NCBI GenBank assembly: GCA_010093995.1
Contig: ML992501.1
Span: forward strand, 2,975,036-2,995,035
Source: Elsinoe ampelina
Lineage: Eukaryota
Length of the DNA: 20,000 nucleotides
Reading direction: 5' to 3'
In this document: positions 10,401 to 20,000 of the stretch, piece by piece
How positions within the stretch are numbered: position 1 is the first letter of the stretch
Layout: every line of letters begins with the position of its first letter
Notes under the pieces: model-generated
Databases searched by the model: none
Seen by the model: the letters and a program-made list of their open reading frames with translations, nothing else
Told to the model about the DNA's origin: nothing
Position numbers and translations under genes: made by a program

Positions 10401-12626
10401 CAGCCATCTACCTCATCACATCCTCGTGGCCCAAGGCAGCAACACTTGGTAGGTCACATTGACACCATCATTTCGGTACTTTACTCAAGAAGCGGCGAGT
10501 GTATCGCATCCGCTTCACTTGACCGCACTGTTCGATTATGGAATGCTACGAACGGTCTTCTAATCCGATCTTTCCGGTGCGACCAAGCGAGGCTTTCGAG
10601 GAATCAATCGACTAATCGGGGGTCCCGAACAGCGTCCGATCTTGCGATGGACTTCTCTTCAGACGGTCAGCTTTTCGCAGCTTCGCCAATTGACGCAATG
10701 ATACAGATCGTACGTGTTGAGGATGGTATCACTACAGTATCGCTTCATGATGCAAATCAGCACGTAGTGAAAGTCTACTTCAGCAGGATGGGGAACAACG
10801 AAATCTTGGCCGCAACAGCTTCCGGTTGTGTACTTTTCTGGGATGGGGACAATGCTCAACTACTTCACTGCTTGGATACGGGACAAGGCAGCTTACAGAC
10901 CGTCATACTCTCGCCAGATGGACGATTGTTGTCAACGATGTGTCCACGAGGTTCGTTGCGGATTTGGGACACTTGCACGAAAGCAGAAATTTACCCAGAA
11001 GTAGCCAGCATCGATATAATTGAGATGACCGGCGGGAAGGTACATGCAAGACTCACATCAGTCGGTCCACTCCAGTATGAATCACGCCGTCTTGTCATCT
11101 TCTCGCCATCATGTCATGTCGTAGCACTATCTAGACATGGCACGCAAGTCGAGGTATGGAAGCTCTTCGCCCGCGGATCGAAATTGAGAAGAGGACCCTC
11201 AATTACTGGCATCCAGGACCTTTCATTCTCCGCAGATGGAGAAATGCTTGCGGTCAGATCTGTAGATAAGATCGTGGTACTGGACTCTGAGCATGCCCAG
11301 ACTCTGCACACCTTGACTCTTTCTCTGGCAAACTGCGCATTCATGCCGAACCCAACACTTCTGCTGCTGCTGACACACGATAACACTTTACACCTGTGGT
11401 CTCTAAAACCCTCTGCCATTCCTGAAATTACTTCGCGCACACGCTGGAATGCCGAGACGATCCGGAGACAGCATGATTTGCCACTAGAGATCTCACCTGG
11501 CGGCTTCTGGTGTTGCACAACATCGACAGAAACCTACGATATAGTCAAGCAACCTATTGGGCAAGACCGTGAGCCCATGCACGGCATATTGGCCATTATT
11601 TTTGCGCCAGATGGCGCGTCACTATACACCACCGCTCGGGACTCTGGGTCCGTGAATGAATGGGATACCGCCACTGGCAAGCTCGTGCAGCAGCTGCATC
11701 CGCACGGAGAATGTTCGCTCGATCTCGACCACCTAGCTATGTCCCCGGACGGAACCTGGCTCGCGGCTTCGTCGTCGAGACCTGACAGACCCACGGGCTC
11801 ACTTTGGAATCTGCAAACCTCGGAATTCGTGAAAACTTTTCACCCACGCGCAAGAAAAGTAGTTTTTGGCTTTGGTAGTTTCCACGCTCACGCTGCATTT
11901 TCGAGCGATAGTGCCAGCCTCGTCTACGCCAACGATACTGCAGGACTCGTGCAGTACGATTTACATTCGAGATCGAAACATTCTCGTTGGCACTCGTTCT
12001 TGAAGAATTGCAGTCTTGTCGCATGTGCACCCAACAATAGCAAGACCGCTTCAGTATGCACCAGACTCATGTTCGGTACACCGGAATACATCGAGATATT
12101 CGCTAGTCCTGGTGGTCGCAAGTTGTTCTCCAGTGTGACAGAACGCAAGCTGTGTAGACTGACGTGGCCACAATGGAAAGTCACAGACGAACTCTGGCTC
12201 TCGAATGTATGGACTAGATCTGCCCCGATGTACCTGATCACAAAGATGGTATTCTCAGCCGATAGTACACTCCTCGCAGCCCTCTGGGAAGACAAGAAGA
12301 TCAGCGTCTGGAATACCGACACCGGCACTTACCTCTCTACCTTGACGTGCAGCAAGCAACCTCACATCCTCGACTTCTCGCCCACAGCGCCATGTGTGCT
12401 GCAAACCGAGTACGACTCCTGGCATATGGACTGCTTATGCACGGTACAAGATCATGATTGGAAGCTCGATAGGCTGGAGAGGTTCTTCATCGAGGATAAC
12501 TGGCTGGTATACAGAGGGGAACGGCAATTGTGGATCCCGCCTGAGTATAGAGGGCTCGTCGCGAGGTCGAAGACTGGCAAGATGGCGATTGGGCAGGCGA
12601 ATGGGAAGGTGAGCATCTATGGCTGA
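7449..12626 (+). CDS. Fungal NLR-like protein, PNP_UDP (nucleoside phosphorylase/nucleosidase)-NACHT-WD40, ~1694 aa, 3 exons: 7449-8508, 8555-10173, 10221-12626
   Basis: PNP_UDP motifs: YTIGWIAAL..E, LLVGIGAG, DIRLGDVVVS, VHYGIIASG, CFEMEAAG, VRGICDYADTHKN. NACHT: CLEETRVDLL, Walker A GIAGTGKST, GASFFF, Walker B ILVIDALDEC, LFIFAATVCRYI, LHLSFQEF, YACRYWVDHL, HLLHWIE, PLQLYASALLYSP. WD40 repeats start with GHIDTIISVLYSRSGECIASASLDRTVRLWN. Introns 8509-8554 (GTAAGT..CTGAC..CAG) and 10174-10220 (GTAGGT..CTGAC..CAG) give one 5085-nt frame. Confidence 0.93.
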
Positions 12627-13418
12627 ACGGGATGTCACTTGAGGAGAGGGCGGGGGAATTACACGGCGGGCAGGGGCGTGGAGAGAGAAGGCAGCATTGC
12701 CGAGTTGGTGGAAAGTTGAAGAACACACCTCCGGTGGACTGCAGAGCATGTCATGCAACAGGCTAGTCCTAGGTGGTAGATGCAGAGCACACTTCCGGCA
12801 GTGCTGCATGAGCTGCCATGACAGACAAAAGATCTACCAATGCCCTCATCTGGGTGATACATTCCACGACCACCCAACGACGTCAACGCACCATCCCCAG
12901 CATCCCACAACGTCCATCAAAGGTGTGTGTAAACGACCACACCCCGTCCCTAGCCCTGCGCACGGGACACGCCGTTTCTCTCGTTCGACGCAAACCTCGC
13001 TTACACAAAGCCAGCCAGGATTGGGGGAGAAAAATCGCGCGTGTGATTTAAGGATGGGATCGAGTGGGACCGTCACACCAGCGCGTAGCATGCAGCAGGA
13101 TCCACTGGGTTGGAGTTCGGGCCGAATGGACTTCAGCCAGGGACTACTTCCTAGGGCATCGGAAGGTCTGACCAACGAGGTGGGTGTTCGCTGCTGTTTG
13201 GGCATGCTGGTTTGTTTACTTCTTGAAGGGCATGGTAGTGAATTCTTCGAGTCTGATAGTACCTTCGCAAGTCTGGTAGTACCATCCAAAGCATTACTAC
13301 CAGAGCAAACCCAGGTATGTAGAGCATGTACACAGAACATGGTCAATGAAGTGGTAGTTTCACCTACACTATCCCTGGAGAGACATCTTCTTCTACCAGA
13401 GCTCTCTCTTAATCATAT

Positions 13419-15082
13419 CTACAACCTCACCCTCCTCCCATTTCCCGCCGCCCCCGTCACCGTCCCATTTCCCTTGGCCTTCTCCAACTCCCCTCTCACG
13501 CCGCTCTCCAACGCCTCTGCAATCCTCCCGAACTGCGCAAAGATCCCATCCAACACCTCCTGCCTTTTAACATTCACCAGGGTCCCCGCAATATTGCCGT
13601 GAAGATTGATCCTATCCTGCTCACCCAGCACCTTCTCATAGAAATACCTCGGCTGCTCGTAATCCTTCTCCTCATCCATCTCGCTCTGCCACCACACCGT
13701 CTGCCCCACCAACTCATCCTGCACCACCGCCTTGCGCTCCGGGATCGCCAGATCATCCCACTCGGCCGGGAAGTTGGGTCGGGACCCCTGGTTGCCGTGC
13801 ACCGCGATGTGCCCGTCCCGATCCCAGTTCGCGACGCTGCTGAACGGGCAGTTGACGGGTATGTCCTCGGCGTTGGCGCCCAGACGGTAGCGGCCTGCGT
13901 CTTTGTAGGCGAAGAGGCGCGCCTGCAGGACTGGGTCGGCGGATGGGGCCCAACCTGGCACGACGTTGGAGGGTGCGAAATGCGCTTGTTCTATCTCGGC
14001 GAAGAAGTTCGAAGGGTTCTGCGTGAGGACCAGCCGCCCGACGTCGGTCCATTCGGCGTCGAACCAGTCTTTTGTCAGGTCGAGGACGTCGTAGCGGTAG
14101 GCCCGCGCCTCTTCGGCGGTTTTGATGGACATTTGCACCGTCCAGGAGGGGTAGTCGCCTGATGCGATGGCGTTGTGGAGGTCGAGCGTGGACCAGGCGT
14201 CGTTGGATGAGGCGTGGGTGGCGGCTTCGGCGGCGGTCATGTTGCGGACGCCTTGATCGGAGAGGAACCGGACTTTGACGTAGACCCAGCTGCCGTCGGC
14301 TTGTACGAGGCGGTAGGTGTGGCCTGACCAGCCGTTCATGTGGCGGAAGCCGTAAGGGGTGCCGAGGTCGGAGAAGAGGCGGAGGAATTGGTGGAGGGAT
14401 TCGGCGAAGCGGGCTGGCCATGACCAGAAGACATCCCTGTTGGAGAGGTCAGTATGAAGCTTTGAGTGTCTTTGGAGCTGTCTTACCAGTCTCGGGTGTT
14501 ACTACCAGGGTGTGTCTTCTGGGTATGGATAAATCTTGGAAACCGGCTCGGATCTCGCAAGAAGAAGATCGGGGTATTGTTCCCCACAAGGTCTAAAACT
14601 CCTTCCTTCGTTCTGAACTTGACTGCGAAACCCCTAGGATCTCTTGCCATGTCTGCACTTCCGGACATCCCGCCCACGGTACTGAATCTGACGGTGACAG
14701 AGGTGCGTGTGCCCTTACGGAAGACGTCGGCGACAGAGTATTGAGAGGCAAAGTCGGATGTAGCCTCGAAGTATCCATGGGCACCTGCGCCTCTTGCGTG
14801 AACCACTCGTTCTGGTATGCGTTCTCGGTTGAAGTGGGCCAGGGTGTCGAGCAGATGGGTATCCTGCAGCAACAGCGGACCGTTCGATCCAGCCCTCTGA
14901 GCTCCGAGTGGTAGGAAGTGTGGTGCACCATTCTGAGTGGTGTAGCTCAAGTCGGAGGCATTGAGGGTTGACTCTTCCTCCTTGCGTCGGGTACCGGTGA
15001 AGAGGTCGGTGTTGTAAGCTGAGTTGTCTTGAGCGGACACAGAGGCAGCAGTGCCTAGTAGGAAGAGTATAAATGAATGCAT
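13419..15082 (-). CDS. Monofunctional heme catalase, small-subunit (clade 3-like), with N-terminal signal peptide, ~537 aa, 2 exons: 15082-14487, 14436-13419
   Basis: [26 protein letters not shown] (distal His), [36 protein letters not shown] (Asn), proximal-Tyr motif [17 protein letters not shown]. Intron 14486-14437 (GTAAGA..CTGAC..CAG) restores RDW|DVFWSW. N-terminus [17 protein letters not shown] looks like a cleavable signal peptide. No C-terminal DJ-1/flavodoxin-like domain. Confidence 0.95.
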
Positions 15083-16392
15083 AATGCTGGTGGTGCTCCT
15101 CAAGGTCAGGGATGAAGAGATCAGAGCGAGATGAAGGAGATGAACCTCCCGCTCTTATAGCACTGCACTCCACCTACCTCGAACAACCGCCCTTTCTTGC
15201 CCTGACATATCCCCAACCCCAGACCTGTCTATCGACCCATCACTCAGCCTTCATCCAGATGGTACGGCACAAGTTCACATTGTCGGGCATGGCTCGGAGA
15301 CCCACCACGGAGCTTCTTGGCGAGACGGTCGCTGTAACAAGCCGGGATGGGCCAGATGTGCGCAGATCAGTAGGGTTTGGTCTCCATACGGCACTTGCAA
15401 GAAGCAGTCAGCCCCAACTCGTCGGCTTGTCGATGAGATGAAGTCGGGAGGGGACGAAGGTCCCTGCGTCGAGAATCGATAAATGTGCCTGCCAGGCCAT
15501 GCAAGGTCGATCCGGATCGTTCTTGGGGGAGTTAGTGGAACGAGATCAGTTCTATTTTTACAATCGCTAGAGTGGCGTGGTAGTACGTTGCTTGCATGGT
15601 GATTGTAGATAGAGGCCGAAGTGGTGCTGTCGGGAGCTGCCCCGTCATTGGAGACGTTGCCGCCCTTGGTATGCTTGGTAATGGGTTTTTCGTGCCAACG
15701 TCACCCGGCTTGCTGGTAGTCAATTTGCCTTATACTTTGGCAGCCCTAAGACCATCCAGGATTACGCAGACATCTCCATATTGTGGTTAATTGCAGTGGT
15801 CTTGATTGGAGACGTTTACCGCAGATGCTATCAGGGCAGAAGAGTCTAAACAAGACGGGCCCGGGGCGGGTGTCATGGACGGCATTGCGAAATGATTCAA
15901 GAAGCTAACAGGGAATCATTCCGCCATGATTGCTGTTTGATCGGCGACCTTGTGGTGCGCCGTGTCGCCGGGTCGAGTACGTGATGAAGAGAATGAGAAC
16001 ATCCAGTCAGACTGCAAGATCCAAAACTTCATTCACATGCCAAGCAGCCACCACGGATACATGCATCGTCCATGCCAGTTGTCCCCATCAGATGCAGTCT
16101 ACTTGACGAACTATCGAATGTGACTACTATGTTCTATTTTGAGGGCATCAGCGCCTTAGCGAACTACCACTACATGTTCTTCTTCGGAGATGTCAGGAGC
16201 TTCGACGTGCTAGGGCAGGTCAGATATCTGACACATATTGTGGAGCACTCGTGTACTATTCTCGTCCCTGGAAAAGGACGCTGATGGGCAAGTCTTCAGG
16301 CACTACCAGGTCATGGCACCTTACTAAAGCAATCGTGGACTGGACCACCGCCTTCGATGCTGTCGATGATAGCTTGACCATACGAAAGTCTT

Positions 16393-17527
16393 CTATCCAT
16401 CGTCTGAGACGGCAAAGCCTGCCGATCCTGCTGTGATTGTGTGGCGCTTGATATATCGCTGCTGCATATGTAAACCAAAGTGGTCACATATGTGGAGGTC
16501 TTTACCCTGGTATTCGAAGCCTTCAATACGCACCGGCTTCGCATCGTATGGCCAAATAAGTCGAATTTCTGCTCGATCCATGATTCTATCAGAGAAATCT
16601 GGATGCATTCTAGCGCTCAGCCCCCCGCCCGGGTCTTCATCGCCTGGCCAAGTGGCAATGTATCCATAGCTCCAAACACAAATGTCCCGAAGACCATCCA
16701 TGGCTGTCAAGACACTCCACATATCCTGCCAAGTTGAATAGCTTATCGTGCAATTGCACGCCCGTCGCACATCCCATGCTTTGTCTTCAGACCAGTGGTC
16801 CTGTAAGATGCGAAGTCGCATCGTTCGGATGGCGTTGCACCGCTGTGGTAGTAAAAATGTCGGCAGCCTATCAAGCACGCATGACTGCAGGATGATGAAA
16901 GTGTTAAGGCCGTAGACCATGTCGATCGTCTCGAGATATCTAATCACATTAGTGCTGGTAGTAGGTGGAGGAAGTACTACCATACACGGCGCGACAGCTA
17001 TGCAGCAGAGCCAGGAAATGGGCAGGTCGAGTCTTTGCGCTGGCACATACTGCAATCTCTTCCCATCGTATTGCCAAAGATTCCTGGTCGGCGGGGTAGA
17101 ACTTGTGGATAGCCCCGAAGAGGCCTGGTCGTTGGGCCACTATGTCTCCATTCCGGGCATCTCGCTCGTTCCGCCAGCCCAGGGTCAACACGATGTTGTG
17201 GCCGCCGAGAACATATCGGTAGACTTCGTGACGTATCTCATAAGGGAGCGAGAACAATGATGGTGTAAGCGTATCTTGATGGCATGTGTGTTTAGCAATC
17301 GAGAGCCGCCTTGGCCGTGGCAAGAGAGGCGTGGAATTCCGTATGAAAGGTCGCCACATGAGTAATCTCGTCAAGTTGACCCAAAAACGCTCGAGCCCAG
17401 CATCTGGAAGAATTACAGGCTTGACTCCCTGCCGAGGTGTCTTTTGAGGTGGAGGCGGATTGGTGACTGGTCGAAGCGGCCTCAAGTGATGCAATGGTAG
17501 CAATGGTTCATCTGTGAATGGCCACAT
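16393..17527 (-). CDS. DUF7730-type / F-box-like fungal protein, ~362 aa, 2 exons: 17527-16986, 16939-16393
   Basis: SLFSLPYEIRHEVYRYVLGG (F-box-like LP.EIR..IY motif). Splicing the 46-nt intron 16985-16940 (GTATGG..CTAAT..TAG) gives LALLHSCRAVYLETIDMVYGLNTF, matching the family motif LL..CR.IY.E...LY..NTF, followed by LPQRCNAIRTMRL and W..MW..L..M.GLR. Confidence 0.8.
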
Positions 17528-17967
17528 GTTTGATCTACCTAGTCGGGGCCAACGAGTGGATCGATGAGACAAGCAGCCTGCGAACGTCCTTGTCCTTGTC
17601 TTCTGCACTCACGGATAAGAATGAAAGTCGTGCTTACCGACAAGTCCATTCAGTTTTGAACTTGATTGGATATGGGAGCCTGCAATCAGGGGCATGGTAC
17701 TACCAGAGAACAGCTGTCAAAGACCACGATCGAATATAGAAGCCTGAAGGGGAATCAGGTATCGACGCAAAAGTAGGATATGCAATTAATCAAGGCCGAA
17801 TTCCAAGCGGATATCTTCTTCCCGCATGGCGACCTGGTGGCGGGGCCCTATCCAATGACATCGCAGCTTGAGCCGAGCTTTTGGTCATTTGGTGCTGGGG
17901 AAATGTTGACTTGTGTAGGGGAGGAAAAAGGATTAATTACTGCCTGATCCACCAAACTAAGGTGGAT

Positions 17968-18163
17968 TGTAACTACATAAATACTCAACCTAGTATACTA
18001 AAAGATAGCTAAATCAAAAGAACTCCTTAATAGCAACAGATTAAGACAATAACTATCTAATTTAATTATGAATTAGTAGAGTAGTAGATAAGTGTTTAGT
18101 TCCACTAGGGGATAAACTAAATCAAGGTCCTTCTTAGCGCTCTAGCTTATACCTCAGTTAACA
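17968..18163 (-). repeat. 3' LTR (196 bp) of the copia element, preceded by a polypurine tract at 18172-18164
   Basis: The minus strand reads AAAGGGGTG (PPT), then TGTTAAC...GTTACA, giving TG...CA ends with short terminal inverted repeats. The CA end coincides with the GC-to-AT composition boundary. The partner LTR lies outside the window. Confidence 0.75.
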
Positions 18164-18955
18164 CACCCCTTTACTAAATAGCTATAAGGCTGTTATAGCT
18201 AGTTAGTAGACTACTAACTCAAGGGATAGCTATTATAAGAAGGCCTTATACCTTCTAGATAGCAATAACTTAGTTAAGCTATTAGCTAAGGTATCTACCG
18301 ATAGTGTCTATGTTACTAAGATAGGGCTAGATAGATCTCTAGCTAGGTTAATCTCTTGTCTTAGCTAGTAATAATAGATATTAATATAATAAAGGCGTAT
18401 ATTAAGCTTCTTAATTAGACTAGTAATAAGGCTAATTGTTTACTAATTGTTATACTAAATACTAACATGTTTAAGGGGATAGATAAAGGCTATTAGCCTC
18501 CTCTACTATATAGCTTGCTTAGTAGTCTCTATAAGAGTAAGTAGCTTAGCCTCTATAGTTAATATTATAACTATTAGTTACTTTATAGCCTTCTAGTTAA
18601 TTAATCCTTAAAATATCTTAAAGAGATAGCCTTAAAGGCTCTTCCTTGTTAGGTAGCTACTAAAGCTAGCATCTAAGGAAGCTTAAAAGATTAGTAGTAG
18701 CATTAAGCTATTAAAGGTAAGAGCTAAATTCTTAGTTTTATAGAGATATTAGATTACTCTATTTACTATCCTCTAGTAAGTTAGTAATAGATTTATTAGA
18801 TGCTCTAACAATCTAGAAGTAGCAAAGGCTATATTAGGCCTTATAATAGCTGCTATAAAGTTAATAGATTCTACCTTTTACTAATATAAGTAGATCTCTT
18901 ATAGTAATACTTAGCCTTTATAAGGTTAGAGTATCTTAATTAGTAGTAGTGTTAA

Positions 18956-19270
18956 NNNNNNNNNNNNNNNNNNNNNNNNNNNNNNNNNNNNNNNNNNNNN
19001 NNNNNNNNNNNNNNNNNNNNNNNNNNNNNNNNNNNNNNNNNNNNNNNNNNNNNNNNNNNNNNNNNNNNNNNNNNNNNNNNNNNNNNNNNNNNNNNNNNNN
19101 NNNNNNNNNNNNNNNNNNNNNNNNNNNNNNNNNNNNNNNNNNNNNNNNNNNNNNNNNNNNNNNNNNNNNNNNNNNNNNNNNNNNNNNNNNNNNNNNNNNN
19201 NNNNNNNNNNNNNNNNNNNNNNNNNNNNNNNNNNNNNNNNNNNNNNNNNNNNNNNNNNNNNNNNNNNNNN
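18956..19270. other. Assembly gap (315 N) inside the copia RT region
   Basis: Run of N. The flanks on both sides are collinear copia RT sequence, and the missing part should contain the LYGL and YVDD motifs. Confidence 0.97.
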
Positions 19271-20000
19271 ATTACATCTAATAGAGTAATGCTAGGATAG
19301 TCCTTTATAAGCTCCTCTATAACTAACTTAAATCTAGAAGGGATAGTATAGTAGGTAGTCTTATTAATAGAGCTATTAATATAGGCATTAACAATATTTA
19401 TCTAGATAGCCTCTATATCTTTATAAGTAAGTAGAGCTATAAGCATTCTAAAGATCTTAGCTGCTAGAGTTACTATATAAGTCTCTAACTCTATTAATTA
19501 TAGATTACTCCTTATATAGACTTTTACTTTATGCTTTATAACTTCTCCTTTGTTATTAACTTTATAGGTAAATACCTATATTAAAGAGACAGGCTTACTA
19601 GTAGCTTAAGCTGCTAGTATAATAGTCTATATATGTTTTAAGTATAAAGTAAGTAATTTAACCTTTATAGCCTCTTAAAATTGCTTCTTATAAGGATAAG
19701 CCTTAAGTTCTCTAATATTAGCTAGTAGTAGTAGGAGATTGTCCCTTAATTCTAGCTTTAGCTAAGTTAGTATTATTAATAGATAAGCATTAAAAGCTTA
19801 ATAATATCTAAGTGCTTTATTAGGCTATATAAGAGTAGTAATATATACTTGCCTTCTTAGCTTCCTTATCCTTCTTATAGTAAGGATATACTTAGGAAGA
19901 AGGTTAGCTAACCTAGTAGTAATTCTTTAAGGGAGTTACTTAGGCTAAGCCTTAACTACCCCTTTAGTCTAAACTTCTATCTTATCTCCTTTAGCTTTAT

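Larger units (their letters stand above)
17968..20000 (-). mobile_element. RIP-inactivated Ty1/copia LTR retrotransposon (3' part: RT, RNase H, PPT, 3' LTR); continues beyond the window end
   Basis: Minus-strand translation, with stops at RIP sites. At ~19590-19330: PVSLI*VFTYKVNNKGEVIKHKVKVYIRSNL*..ETYIVTLAAKIFRMLIAL..DIEAI*INIVNAYINS..PSRF (RVT_2: WVFTYK..KARxCVRGDLQ..TYAATLA..QxDxVNA). At ~18900-18720: Y**KVESINF..IRPNIAFATSRLLEHL (YQQKVGSINF..TRPDIAFA.SRL). RNase H at ~18680-18220: DASF..TRKSL*GYLFKIF*GLIN*KA..TIEAKLL, *YNN**TI, *LRQE, LANSLTK (SDASF..GYLF..IDWKA..TEAELL..CDN..WLRQE..ADGLTK). TpA is visibly abundant and CpA/TpG scarce. Confidence 0.92.

Noticed and set aside
12697..13602. 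301-aa plus-strand ORF and the antisense 166-aa ORF (12846-13346) between the NLR and the catalase
   Set aside because: No recognisable motif, non-ATG start, and the 3' part is the antisense shadow of the catalase end; probably non-coding.
15112..16436. Several 60-110 aa ORFs between the catalase and the DUF7730 gene
   Set aside because: No domain similarity I can recognise and no convincing splice model joining them; a small or decayed gene cannot be excluded.
17931..17967. TTAC plus hairpin considered as a Starship or Helitron terminus
   Set aside because: TTAC is too short to be informative, there is no CTRR end or captain gene, and the boundary is fully explained by a copia LTR end at 17968.
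18949..19281. 110-aa ORF of X residues
   Set aside because: Artefact of the N gap.

Overview
Eukaryotic, filamentous-ascomycete DNA (short 46-62 nt introns with CTRAC/CTAAC-type branch points; RIP-mutated repeat; probably a Dothideomycete, lineage not provable here). Bases 1-17.6 kb are a compact gene-rich block. In order: the 3' part of a probable NACHT/STAND-type protein; a divergent pair of a DHA2-type MFS efflux pump and a Zn2Cys6/Fungal_trans transcription factor; an out-of-frame chimera joining a Zn2Cys6 N-terminus to the 3' half of a short-chain dehydrogenase (likely a deletion scar); a complete 3-exon PNP_UDP-NACHT-WD40 NLR (~1694 aa); a small-subunit catalase with a signal peptide; and a DUF7730/F-box-like gene. 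At 17968 the sequence switches abruptly to AT-rich DNA with no ORFs. Manual translation of the minus strand, reversing C>T/G>A changes, shows a RIP-destroyed Ty1/copia retrotransposon (RT, RNase H, PPT and a 196-bp 3' LTR), interrupted by a 315-nt assembly gap. All gene models and family calls are from manual reading, not database searches.
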